A DNA stretch of 64,000 bases from Octopus sinensis (Eukaryota): positions 28,706,001 to 28,770,000 of the forward strand of contig NC_043006.1 in assembly GCF_006345805.1 (NCBI RefSeq), in the 5' to 3' direction. Positions 11,800 to 25,114 of this stretch are shown here, in pieces. Position 1 is the first letter of the stretch. Every line of letters starts with the position of its first letter. Under the pieces are notes generated by a model. It was not told the origin of the DNA, searched no databases, and saw nothing but the letters and a program-made list of their open reading frames with translations. A program made the translations under genes and the position numbers.

Positions 11800-11960
11800 T
11801 GTGGAACTTTAGTTGATGCAGAATTTCTGCTTTTGCAGTATAGACAGTGAGGCCAAAATCATTGCAGGTCTTTGAGAATTGATTGATATATGTTTGCATG
11901 CTGAACACATTAGGTGTAAGTAATTTAGAATCATCTGTAAATAGCAGTTTCATCAATAAG
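11800..11960 (-). mobile_element. RTE-clade LINE RT fragment
   Basis: KLLFTDDSKLL...MQTYINQFSKTCNDFGLTVYTAKAEILHQ resembles RTE LLFADD...FSxACxxFGLTISxKKTEV. Confidence 0.7.
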
Positions 11961-13368
11961 AGTTCAGTTCTTTGAGCAACTGAATTACCAGCTCATTGAA
12001 TCTACAGAGTCAGTGTGACACATGGTGTGACTGATATAACCCATCCTCTTATGGGTTTCTACACAGCTTCCATGTTACTAATTTCACTCATAAGGTATGG
12101 GTTGATCCAAAACCATAAAAAAATGGCATTTGCTCAAGATACTTTGTACTGAGATTTAATCTGCGACCTCATGGCTGCGAAGCGAATGTCTTAACCATTT
12201 GGCTATACAGTATATAAGCATACACACAGACACACAAATATACACATCATGTGTGCATGTGCGTGTGATGTACATCTTAGTGTTTGTTGTTCTCACCACT
12301 TGATAACTGGTGCTGGTTTGTTTACGTACCCACACGTTAATGGGTTTAACAAAGAGAAACCAATGGATCAAGTGCAATAAGTGGTAGGATTGAGTTGTTT
12401 GACTAAACTCTTCAAGCCAGTGGCCCGGCAGATTTCCACAAGCTCATTGGCCTGTTGTACAGTCTGATTAATTTCAGCTCACGTAATAACAACAATCAGT
12501 TCATGGAAACATGTGTATGAAATATAAAGCTTAAAAATACCAATTATTTTTTATGCATTTGCTAGGAATGTGTGTGTGCATGTTTGTGTGTGTGTGGGGG
12601 GTACATGTATGTATGTATATATTATTCTTTTTTCTTTTATTCTTTTACTTGCTTCAGTCACTTGACTGTGGCCATGCTGGAGCTCTGCCTTTAGTCAAAC
12701 AAATCAACCCCAGGACTTTTATTTTTAAGCCTAGTACTTATTCTATTGGTTGCTTTTGCTGAACCGCCTAGTTACATAAACACACCAACATCGGTTGTCA
12801 AGCAATGGTGGGGGGACAAACACAGACACACAAATATATACATATATATATTCGATGGGCTTCTTTCAGTTTCCATCTATCAAATCCACTCACAAGGCTT
12901 TGGTTGGCCTGAGACTATATTAGAAGACACTTACCCAAGGTGCCATGCAGTAGAACTGAACCCAGAACCATGTGGTTGGGAAGCAAGCTTCTTACCACAC
13001 AGCCATGCCTGTGCCTGTATATAATGTGTGTGTGTGTGTGTGTGTGTGTGTATACATATAAGATATACATACATATATCTGTATACACATACATACAAAT
13101 ATATATATGTACACACTTATATACATACATTTACATACATATACACACATATTCACACATACATATAGATATAGATAGGCGACTATATAGATGTCTATGT
13201 ATACACATTCCTACAGAAAAATATATGTACATGTAATTCTATAATGTATCTATAGATAGCTCTAGTCTATACACACACACACACACACACACACAAGCAC
13301 ACACACGCAAACACACACACACACACACGCATGCACACGCAAGCACACACACACACAAACACACACAC

Positions 13369-13438
<70 letters not shown>

Positions 13439-14525
13439 CTCTACATATCCTGTGCCTACAATTTGTGGTTTACATGTCTCATATTTTCTTCTTTTCATTG
13501 CCACTTTACTTCCGATACAGCACATAGCCACTTGTAATTCTAATTTGTTGCTTTTCCACTTAAACATATGAGCAACAGAGATGTGGGAGATGATGTAATT
13601 AACATTGAATGATGAACACATCATATGTAAGTATTATTGTCGTTATTAAGGCAGTGAGCTGGTACAATCATTACTGCACAAGACAAAAATCCATAATGGC
13701 ATTTCAACTAGCTTTAGATTCTGAGTTCAAATCTGTTTTAATTAATTGTCCCCACCCCCAACATTGCTTTAATTAATTAAAGCCATTAACAAACTGTCAA
13801 GTTGTCAAACAGCTTTTATGACCTTTTCTTGGTTGGTGCATACAACTCTCAAGAAAATATTTACATTTTAAATTCTTGAAATTAGCCATTCCTCTTTTTT
13901 TTTTGTTTCTGGACACTTTTTCATTTATTTATAGAATATAATACTGACACAAACTCCCTCACACATAAGCTGTGTGTATGTATGTATGTATGTACACACA
14001 CACACACACACACACTCATCACTACCATAGTTACACATACTTATACATACACCTACACACAATGTGAGTCACAGGGAAGCTTTTATCTGGTGACACATGA
14101 GAAATAGCAGCCAAATAAGATCGCACTCTACTCTTGTAAAGGAAGACATATTTCTTAATGTAGACATAAGTGCACTGTGATTGGAAAGATTGAATGGGAT
14201 GGCTGCTACTGGTGCACTTTTGATCATAATTCTGTCTCAGTGAAAAATGACCTAGGGCAAAACAATAGCAATAATAATGAAGGAACACCCATGATGTCGC
14301 TCGATCTGCTAGAAATAGCAACCAAATCTCCCTCGGATCACACCACACTATCTCAAGAAAGAGAACACATTAGATCATGTAATCTTAGACACTCTGTAAA
14401 AGACAAGGTATTCATGGTTGAAATGTCTAAGATCAGAGATGAGCTTGATCAGTCCTGGGGTTAAACAACAACACCCATAGCCCAATCACAAACAAAATAC
14501 ATGCACACATAAACACACAGAATCA

Positions 14526-14562
<37 letters not shown>

Positions 14563-15064
14563 ATAATATATATATATATACATGGCCTTACTTTTTGCTT
14601 TTTGAGCCAAAAAATTAACTAAACTAACTTATATATATATATATATATATACCCCATAAGGGACATTAGCCATTTGAATGTGGCTAGGGACAGGGCAGGG
14701 CGGTGGGGGTGTTACTGATGCATTTAGCCCCAGGCGATTATCAACGTCACCAGATAGGCTGACACCATCACGGTGTCCTCTATCCTGCAAAGGGAGATCA
14801 TTCCCCGAAGAAGCGGATGCCACATACGGACCCAGGTTTCAAGGTATTTGCCTATCGTCAACGTATGGTAGGCACCGCTCCTCGACGAACAACTTCCTGT
14901 GCAGGATATTTATATATAGATTTTGACGTAAATACATTTACTGATTTCGAAAATCTGTTCGACAGCAATAATAATTCTCTAAACGAGATATAGACAGTAA
15001 CTGGCTAATGTCCCTTATGTGATGGAGCAGTTACTGTCTATATCTCGTTAGAGAATTATTATTG

Positions 15065-15110
<46 letters not shown>

Positions 15111-15601
15111 GATGCACACATGCATGCATGTGTGTGTGTGTGAAGGCACATGGCTTAGTGGTTTGAGTATTTAGTTCACGGTCATAAGGTTATGAGTTCA
15201 ATTCCCAGCAACACAGTGTGTCCTAGAGTAGGATTCTTTATTACATGTTGTCCCAATCCACTCAGCTGGCGAAAATGAGTAGTACCTGTATTTCAAAGGG
15301 CCAGCCTTGTCACACTCTGTGTCATAATGAATTTCTCTGAGAACAACGGTAACTAAAAAACACAGTTTTATGCATGTGTGCAAATCTTTGTGTCTCCATT
15401 TGTCACCAATCACAGCTTGACAAATGGTGCTGGTTTGTTTACGTTCTGGTAACTTAGTAGTTCGGCAAAAAAGACCGATAGCATAAGTACCACACTTTAG
15501 AAATCCAAGTACTGGGGTTGATTTATTGTGCCTCAGCATAGCTGCAGTTCAATGACTGAAACAAATAACAGATAAAAGCTAATGGATACACACACATATG
15601 C

Positions 15602-15671
<70 letters not shown>

Positions 15672-15989
15672 TTGCTGCCTCTGATTGATTGAAATCCCCG
15701 CTAAAAATTCTATCTTTAAAGAAAAGAAAAAAGAAAAACAGTTATGGTTTTCATAATTAGCACCAAGGAACTACATTTGCGTAGGAATTCCACATTTTTG
15801 GAAGGAAAAAAACACTGAATGGAATCAGCAGTGTTTGTGGATATTTGATACAAGAACTTGCTGCAAGAAACAGAAACCACAACGGTAAATGTAGAAAAGG
15901 TGGAAAAAAAAGAACACAGCAAGTTTGTTGGATAGAGACTGGTGTGTTTCCTTAATGTACCTTGAACTTGTCCATTAAGCTAAACAATC

Positions 15990-17225
15990 TTTGAGCCACC
16001 ATGCACGAGCCATTTACGTTAATGAGTTGATACATTTATAATAATATTGCTTACATTTCAATTTCTGCTGGTGGGCTGTAACAAGAAGTAAATTTATTAG
16101 GAATGTCTTTCCTGTACCGCCAGGAGCATCTAAAAAGAAAACTTCACCTCTTTCATGTTTGACTGCATCAATGATTGTATTGTATGCGTACCTTTGCAAT
16201 TATTGAAGCTTAGGCTCATTTTCTGTGACAAGCTGTGCCAGAGCATCTAAATTGTAGGAAGTTTCTCGGAGAATTTCATGGTACAAATTTAGTTGTTGTT
16301 GTTGTCTGTTGGTAGAAGGCAATCCATGCTCATGGAGATCTTTCCCTCCCAAATGATGGAGTTTATTCTCAAGCAGTATCAAAGTTTCCTTAAGAATATT
16401 TAATTGAACATTTAACTGAAGGTCAGAGTTTGGATTTTCCCTTTGAGCACGATTGGGAACATCCTCACTTAGTTCATGCCTGTGATTCTCCCATAGCTGT
16501 TTAGGATTGGTCAGGTCACATGTGTGAAGCATTTTGCAAATAAATTCTTCAGCTGAGTGGGAGAACTTGAAACGGGCAGCTTCAGTTAATGTGCTGTCCC
16601 AGTGAATTTCATTTTCTAACAGTCCTTGTCTGTGACATGGTTCATGATAAGTTTCACATAGTTTGACCATTAACCATTCTCAGATCTTAAAAGACTTTGG
16701 TTCTGTAACCACATGAAGTAACATACAAAGAAAATAGCATTGAAAATTGTTTGGATGTACAGCATAGACCCTTCCAAGTGCATCACCTTTCTTAATTCCA
16801 GGCCATCATTCAACATCTCTCCCTCTTGCCCTCCTACATCTTATTAGCTTGAATCCATGTATAGAAGTTTGAGATTTGTTGGTAGAGTAATGTTGCAGTT
16901 TAAAGAAAGCAGTAAGAGTTGTTTCTGGAGGAGTTTGCATTTTCTGCATAACCTGCTGGGGATTTTCAGGATTAAAGAGAACATGCTGCCCATTTTCTAA
17001 ATATCAATGTTCCATATAGTGGCATTTTTTTTTCAATATTGTAAACAAAAAATTATGAACATAGAACAAAATATACATTAATCTCTATTTTTGTATGCAG
17101 TTGTATGTATGTAGTATGTCTGTATTTTTGTATGCAGTATAAATTAACCAAATATAAGCAAATTGTAGATACCTTGCAACCTTGCAACTGCTACAATAAT
17201 TATGAACTGGTAATTGAATAGTAGA
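15990..17225 (-). mobile_element. Helitron RepHel remnant (5' region fused to the helicase-proximal segment)
   Basis: ALGRVYAVHP...; WDSTLTEAA; LWENHRHELSED; GGKDLHEHGLP; EVFFLDAPGGTGKTFLINLLL (PIF1 Walker A as in Helitrons). Confidence 0.88.
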
Positions 17226-17299
17226 TGTGTATTTTTATATACTTTGGACCTGCCACCTCATTATTTTCCATCAAGAGTTTCACTTCCAGCCATTCTCGT

Positions 17300-18170
17300 C
17301 ACATATGTATATGTATGTATAGATGTGTGTGTTTAATAACATACATAACAAACACAGAAACACACACACTCACAGACACATATACATTCATATACAAAAT
17401 GTGGTGATACACACACATTCACTCTCACATAGTCACATACATATAGTAAGAGAGAGACACACACATATATATTCATGCAGGTCAGTCATCACATAGGTAT
17501 TTGCATGTGTTTAATAATGTACCTAACACGGAAACACACACTGACAAACAGATACACATTCATACACACACATATACAAATGTGACGTGGTTGTGGTATA
17601 AAATGTCTTTTACTATCTTGTACGTATTGAACGCGCAAACAGACACAGACACATACACACTCATATATAATGTCCTGTACTATATAGAAAGATTATGTCT
17701 ATGAAATGTTATATTGTTTTAATCAAAATGATAGAAAAATTACATGTTGACAGTGGTGGGGTGTAATACTATACAGTACGAAAGACACACACAGACATAG
17801 ATTCACACATGTCAGTTGTCACATATGTATATGTATGTGTAGATGTGTGTGTGAGTTGAATAACATACCTAACACAGAAATACACAATCACAGACATAAA
17901 CACACTCATATACTCTGACATATAGATACTCATATACAAAATGTAATGTTGTCATTGAATGCAGAAACACATACACACTCATACACATACACTGACAGAC
18001 ACTACACATTCATATACAAAATGTGATGTCATTGTTGTTGTTGTCATGGTATAAAATGTCCTGTACTATATTTGACTATAGAAAGATTATCTCCATAAAA
18101 TGCTATATTGTCACAATTGAAATGAAAAAATATTACATGTTGACGCTTGTGGGATGTGATACTATTCCCT
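17300..18170. repeat. Degenerate tandem repeats rich in CA motifs
   Basis: Recurring gtcacatatgtatatgtatg...acacagaaa and ataaaatgtcctgtactata...gaaagattat...attacatgttgac blocks. Confidence 0.7.
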
Positions 18171-18453
18171 TGTAAAATTTGATTTGATTTGGTGGAACCG
18201 TTTGAGAGGGCATTGGGAATAGACAGACAAAGAATTTCATTGTTTTGATATAATGAGAATGGAGGTGAATTTGAAAGCTGGTGACTTATGAATACACATA
18301 CACAAACACTCACACACCCTTCAATAAAACCTAATAACATTGCGCTAGCCGTCATAGTTTTAAACTTTCAGTGTTCAGTATTTCAGGAATTTCATTCTTT
18401 TTCTTTATTATTTTGCATAGCTTTAAACACAAGTCAACTTCTGACACAAGAAA

Positions 18454-18514
<61 letters not shown>

Positions 18515-19149
18515 TATGTGTGTATAAATATATGTGTGTGTGTGTGAACACATATCTGTATGAGTGGGAGGGAAATTATTTTTCTTTCCAATGTAAATAT
18601 ATCGTATTTGAGTTTAAGCTTTCCTTAACAATTTTTTTTTTTTACATTTCCTTATTAGTTCTTTATGTTTAGTTAAGGATAAGATAAGTCTATTTATGTT
18701 TTGAAAGCCTGGTCTTATACACAGATGCATGCACATGCACACACACATTATTTATACATATGCATGCATATATATATATATACTCTCAAATGTACATATA
18801 TAAACATGCATATACATGCACACATATACACACAAACATATACACATACATATACACACACATATATACACACATTTACATACACATGTGCACATCCAAC
18901 ACACCCCTCTCTCCAATGTACACATGTGTATGTGCTCATACACATGCATATATATTGTATACTTACATTATCAGAAAGATCATTTAAATACACTGAGTGG
19001 CTTGCATGATGCATTGACTAAAACCAGAAGTGTTTTGTTAAAAAATATTACATTTGGTACAGTACCTTTCTATTGTGGATGCAAAGAAAAAAATTAGAAA
19101 ACATGTGATCCTCAAAGCTATTTTATTTGAGCCCTAAATCTCAGGTACA

Positions 19150-19760
19150 ATAATTTTAAGGGTAACCCTTGAAAGCTCTTGGATTAGTTGGTGTGGGGGG
19201 AATCATATGCAAATAGAGGACTTTCATTTTACAACACCAGTATTATTTCCTCATAGAGGAAGAGATAGTCGATTTCTTTTTATTCTTTTGAAGATTTAAA
19301 GCTTGGTTTACTAACAAACAAGCAATTTCAGAAAAGCCCACTTTCACCTAAATTTTACACTTGTTCTGCAATATAGCTTTTATCAGTAATAACCTAAACT
19401 CATAATGTAGAGCCAGAAGAAATAACTATAAATTATTCTGAGGAATAATTTATAGTAACCACTACAGCAGCACTGGTAGCTTTACTGTTAATTTTTACGT
19501 CCGGCAAATTAAGGCTCCTCGTAAATCTTCCGAGGTAGTTTTTCCTTGCAAGAAAAGATTCTGCATCAAAAGATATACATTTAACTTACTACAAATCTTC
19601 ATACAAAGTTTAGCATTCACTTGAATGACCATCATGTTTATCAGCACATTACTTGTCTGATTGTGGATCCACATGCACAGGAGCTGTTCCGTTTTAAACA
19701 TTATTTCAGATCTATGTAAAAAAAACAATGTTCAAATGGCTAATAGTGAGGGTGCTCAAT
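19150..19760 (-). mobile_element. Decayed Tigger/pogo transposase fragment
   Basis: TEQLLCMWIHNQT...MVIQVNAK (CENP-B-like HTH); ESFLARKNYLGRF...VKINSKATSA; EQV*NLGESGLF; KMKVL...NPRAFKGY across frames. Confidence 0.65.
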
Positions 19761-20539
19761 CACTTGATCTACTTCTGTTTTTATTGTCATAAGTTATCCC
19801 CTCTGAAATGGTTGCAAGCATCAATATTTTTTGCAGAATGAGTAAATACTTTTCCTCATCAAAACTTTATAAAACATGAGGTTCAACGTCCAGTATAATT
19901 TCTTTATTACGTCTTTTCATGTTAATGTCCTCACTTCTGGTAGATGGCCTCTTTCCAGTCATCTCGTATAAGAATAATGTATTACAACCAATGTCTTAGT
20001 TATTAAATCCAAGAGTATCAAAGATGAATACAAAAGTCACAACAGACAGTAAAACTGTACAATCTAAGAAAAATAGTCATGTTTCATGTTGGAAAAAAGT
20101 AGTTGTCTAATTACTTCCAGTACAAAAATATAAATGCAAAAATGATAGAGCTGAAGAAGTGAGGTGGGAGGAAGTACTATTTGATTCAATTTAGTAAGCA
20201 AGACTCGGGTCAGTTGAATTCGTGCACACATAAGCAAAGTGAGAGTTAGTGGAGAGAAAACAGATAGATACTAGATGTTAAGATCAATAAAAAATTATAT
20301 CGGTTGAATTGATGTAAACACAAACGATTTAGTGGTGGATAAAAAAACATATAGGTGCTGGAAAGATTCAGGGGGTAAAAAAAATATCACAAGATTCTAT
20401 CTTTTAAACTTATTAAAATTACCCCAAATTTCCATTAGGGCAGATTTATACACACTATCCATCTATTTATTTCCCTCTTCATCAATATACATACACTATC
20501 TATCTATTTATCTCCTTCTTCATCATATATGAAAGTTTA

Positions 20540-21830
20540 ATTATTACATATTAGTCGGGGTGGTGTTCTCATCTTGGCTGTTGCTTTTACTATGTTTCGG
20601 CTGTGTACCCCACAGCTTTCTTCAGGTGTTTTGTGAGTTGTGCTGCATTAACTAGCACCTTTATCCACTATGCTATACCTGTAGGTAGAGACAGAATGAC
20701 TTCTTAAGGCTTATAGACCTCCATGAATGTCTTATGTCAACTCTGTAATGACTGGATAATACAATTCTGTATTTTCTGAGATGAGGAATTTTATATTATG
20801 TATTAGTTGGAGAGGTGTCCTAATTTTGGTTGTTGCTTTCCCTATGTTTCTGCTGTGTACACTACGGCCTTCTTCAGTTAATGCAGTCCAGTCACCTAGA
20901 GGTTTTGGGTTCAATCCAAGGCAAGGTACTAAAGTGAATCACAAGACACCTGAAGAAGGTCGGAGCATATACAGGCAAAGCATAGTGAAAGCAACAACCA
21001 AGATGAGGACACGACTCTTAGCTTAAACATATATAAAACTCCTCATCTCAGAAAATACAGAATTAAAAAATTTAATTATGCAATGGAAGCAGAAATATAG
21101 CAAAAACTCTATCAATACAACATACTTAATGCATATATGGAGATGAAATGCCAGAAGCTGCAATTTTTGTCTCAGGGGAAATTCCTTTATAGATAGAATT
21201 TTTGTCTCAGGGGAAATTCCTTTATAGATAGAATTTTTGTCTCAGTACGTATGTATGTGAGTATTTAGTAGAGTGTGTAGACTCTGATATAATCGTAACT
21301 TACATTCTCTAAAAGGTATTTGTAGAAGATTTCATAGAAAAAAATACCTATTTTCCCCAAAAGTTATGAGGAAATAAGGCCGACTCGTGTGAATTTTCTG
21401 AAAACTCCTCTCCCCATCCCACTCACCCAGAATTTTAATGGGTTTTTTTTTCACAACAAATTCCGATACAATCGGAATCTGCACAATGTGAAGGGCATTT
21501 GTAGAAAATTTCATTAAAAATTATCCGTTTTTCTGGAAGTTATAAGGAAACAGAAAGAGGGGGCACACTTATGCAGGTATGCTGAATTGTAATAGATATT
21601 AAACTTGTTATATTGAGTATTATTTACATTATTTACATTCAACGGATATTTGTCCTCATCTTGTTTGTTGTTAACACAACGTTTCGGCTGATATACCCTC
21701 CATGCTATCAGCCGAAACAATGTGCTAACAACAAACAAGATGAGGACAAACATCCGTTGAATGTAAATCAGGTAAATAATGTAGATAATGCACATAATTC
21801 CTCATCTCTTAAATATAGAACTGTTGTTAT
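20540..21830. mobile_element. Cluster of Penelope-like terminal fragments in inverted arrangements
   Basis: Repeated ctcctcatctcagaaaatacagaatt-type ends and CTGAAGA...GAAAC motifs; inverted pairs at 20763-21064 and 21631-21768. Confidence 0.55.
21162..21245. repeat. 35-bp minisatellite, ~2.4 copies
   Basis: aatttttgtctcaggggaaattcctttatagatag repeated. Confidence 0.9.
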
Positions 21831-21874
21831 ATTGATATCTTCATCTTCCTGTCTTTCACAGACAGATAGAGTAA

Positions 21875-22195
21875 AGGTGCGTAGCTTAGTGGTTAGAGTA
21901 TTCGGCTTACAATCGTAAGATCGTGAGTCCGATTCCCAGTGGCGCGTTGTATCCTTGTGCTTTACTTCATGTTGCTCCAGTCCACTCAGCTGGCAAAAAA
22001 AAAATGAGGAGTACTTGTTTTTCAAAGGGCCAGCCTTGTCACATTCTGCGTCACGCTGAATTCTCATTGGAACTGCGTTAAGAGTACGTGTGTCTGTGGA
22101 ATACTCAGCCACTTGTACGTTAATTACACGAGCCACTTGTACGTTAATTCCGTTGATCAGATCAATTGGAACACTCGTCGTAACTGACGAAGTAC
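21875..22195 (+). mobile_element. tRNA-derived SINE family C
   Basis: ggtgcgtagcttagtggttagagtattcggc...gagtccgattccc head; body ccactcagctggc...caaagggccagccttgtcac shared with 15143-15350. Confidence 0.75.
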
Positions 22196-22263
22196 CAGAT
22201 TCTTTTGGATTAATTTTTTTTAGATAGCCAGCTAGCTAGTTAGCATATATATAAATATATAAT

Positions 22264-22298
<35 letters not shown>

Positions 22299-22939
22299 CG
22301 ACATAAATATATGTGTGTAACTAAATATGACTCCCTGTGTGTTTGTGCAGGCACGCGCACACAGAAAACACAGAGAAAGATACGGCTTTAAATTTACGGC
22401 GTCTTAATGTAAAACAAATGATAACAGAAAAGAAACAGAATCAACAAGAACAGCCAAAACAATACCATAGTAAAAGTATTGTAAAAAAAGTATAGATCGA
22501 CTACAGTGGACAGTGTATGCTGTGTGCTGAATACAAGAGCTGTGTTTGTTAATTATAACCAGGAAATGTTCGGCGCTGTGCCGTGTCCGGGTTAACGGGG
22601 TGAGGGGCTAACAGTGAAGAAATTTTAGCTAAGGAAACCAGCCTAGCCAGTCGAAAATAGAACTCCAAATATTTATATCTTTCTTCCAGAGACTTATACT
22701 TCTTTGGAGATAATGTTTTCGAGATCTATTATTATTATCTACAGTCTGTGTCTGTATACACATACACACATATGTAGAGAGAGGAGAGAGGAGAGAGAGA
22801 GAGAGAGAGAGATTATAGAGAGATTTAAATCTTTATATATATATATATAATAAATAAATAAATCAAATAAATATATATATATATGTTTTCCACCACTGCC
22901 TTCGTCTTTTGTTTATTTTCATAAAGCTTCCCGTTATAT

Positions 22940-22973
<34 letters not shown>

Positions 22974-23169
22974 ATAAATAAATAAATAAATATATATATA
23001 TATATATATAGGCTCAGGCGTGGCTGTGTGGTAAGCTTGCTTCTTGACCACGTGGTTCCGGGTTCAGCTCCACTGCATGCCACTTTGGGCAAGTGCCTTC
23101 TACTATAGTCTCGGGCCGACCAAAGCCTTGTGAGTGGATTTGGCAGGCGGAAACTAATTGAAGCCTGTC

Positions 23170-24660
23170 GTGTGTGTGTGAATGAGGTCCTTAAGTTGTA
23201 CCTATTAAATAACTGTCCACATCTATGGGATTGCATGAAATGCTGGTCCACTAATCTAAGGAAGATCCTTCCCACACAGCTGAAAGAGATTGGTGGGGCA
23301 AACCAAATGACCTTACGACAGTGCTTTTTTGTGTGTGTGGGGGTGTCAGGACTCAGCATAAAGAAAATGCGGTCCTTAAATTCGTTGGCTGCCAAAGCCT
23401 CGTTATAATAGGAGGCTGCAACGTCGAAAATCTCTTTATTCGAAGACTGGTTAGAAATCCTGTTACTGACACCCTTCACTAGGCTCTTAAGCATAATGGG
23501 TGGATGGGTGACAGAAGGCTGTGCACGACAGACATTCGTTTGCTTTGCAGTAAGGCCTATATGAACAGGTACCCAAATCAAGCGTAGCTTCTAAAAAGTT
23601 AAACTATGGTAAGGTTGGTCTCAATTGTAATCTTAAGACCAAGGGATCTAAGTATATAAGTTAAGCGTATATATTAGGTCCTTCCTAAGCCTGTCTAGGG
23701 CATGTCCATTTGCGCATCTAGAGATAACTAAAGTGTCATCATTGTACATACCATAAAGGACTGACGGGAACCTCTCAGTTAAGCTGTCCAGTACAAATAA
23801 TCGTGTGAGGTTGCAGATATCCGTGCTGTCGAATGCTCCCATCGCCATGCTGAAGGGGCCTACCAAGTCAGTTTGTTTGGGATCGTTTCGGTTTGAATGG
23901 CAGTTTTTAACATAATTTCTAGGTAACTAAAAAAATTTTAAACTTCGTATACTGGTAGAATGTGTTTATAAAACATCTTTTTCTCTTGGCTTTATTGAGA
24001 AAATTCTATAGTTTGTAAGATATTTGTTGTTGTTTTTCTTCAATTTCTGCAATTTCAACCAATCAGTGATGTCTATAGAGGTTAAAAAAAAACATTCTGT
24101 GCCGTATGAATATGTCCCTCGTTTAAGAAACAGATTGGGTTTATTTACATTTGTGAAGAAAAAAAGATACCCTTCCCCCCACCCCTAACCCTAACCCTAA
24201 AACAGATTGAAATGCAATAGATCGATACTAGGGTCATAATTATGGGTGACGATTTCATATGACACCGCTAGAAAAAACTGCCGTTCAAACCGAAAAGATC
24301 CTTTGTTTGTCCTAGGACGAACTTTTGTCGAACAACAGGGTTCTCCTGGCATGCACTATTACATCTATATCCCTATCACTAACGCCACTAAATTCCCAAA
24401 CGAAATGGTGGAATTTGCACATCTATATAAGATTTTTGTATGATAGCTATACTTCATGATGGCATCGTGCTCTGCTGACTTAGGCCTCTTTCAACACTCT
24501 TGAAAGATCGTCTTATAATTCTATTCACATCGACGGTGCACGAAAGGAATATAAAGCATCCATAATGCTTAACTGACCGAGTCCATTCTGTTGGAAGGCC
24601 TCCAGACGATGCCTCCACTTCGAGGATAGCTTCTTTCCCTTCTTTCACCATTCTAGAAGC
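23170..24660 (-). mobile_element. Penelope-like element RT remnant interrupted by a MITE
   Basis: DIDVIVHARRTLLFD...|PFSMAMGAFDSTDICNL...MYNDDTL...IETNLTIV; THPPIMLKSLVKGVSNRISNQSSNKEIFD; RKVIWFAPP...IFLRLVDQHF...LFNRYNL. All are PLE-type RT and C-terminal motifs. Confidence 0.85.
23880..24301 (-). mobile_element. Same MITE family, inserted into a Penelope-like RT
   Basis: TIRs at both ends; TSD tttgtttg at 23872-23879 and 24302-24309. Confidence 0.9.
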
Positions 24661-24779
24661 TGTCGCACCTTCCCAAGAAGAATGGCAAAGGTATAAAATT
24701 ATAGAATTATTTTGTTTGTTAATTGTTTAAATTATTTTCCATTGCTTTCGTTTTTATAAGACGCGTAACAATTAAATTA

Positions 24780-25054
24780 ATTTAACAATTAAGAAAAAAA
24801 AAATTTAGGGTTATGGTTAGTGACAGGATGTTGTCTCAATTTTAGACGCAGCAAATGATTTTAGCTCAATAGAGGCGATTCATTGGTTAAAATTCGAAAA
24901 ATTAAACTACGTTAAACAAACGAATTACAATTTTATCAAGAAAGCCAAGAGAAAAAATGTTTTATTTTGACACATTCTACTAGTATACGAAGTTTTAAAG
25001 TGCTTAGTTAACTAGAAATTGTGTTGACATGTGCCGTTCAAAAGGAAAAGATCC
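24780..25054 (+). mobile_element. Diverged partial copy of the same MITE family
   Basis: Right end tgccgttcaaaaggaaaagatcc; degenerate ttagggttatggttag; no left TIR or TSD found. Confidence 0.65.
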
Positions 25055-25114
25055 GTCTAAAGTATTGTCGCTTGTTTCCAAGCTATTAGTAGCCCGTGTC
25101 ATACGGTCCGAGTA

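Larger units (their letters stand above)
9576..11805. repeat. Direct ~490-bp duplication flanking exon 2 (about 9576-10225 and 11314-11805)
   Basis: Shared ttgactgagttgcaccataag...gcctaaatctgtaca; the left copy carries a SINE B insertion absent from the right copy. Confidence 0.92.

Noticed and set aside
14655-15066. DIRS-type ITR/ICR arrangement
   Set aside because: The internal complementary blocks are in the wrong order to splint end-to-start circularization, and there is no RT or tyrosine recombinase nearby.
21875-21950. tRNA-like sequences with A/B boxes (also SINE A heads)
   Set aside because: No complete cloverleaf, and each continues into a SINE body, so they are SINE heads and not tRNA genes.
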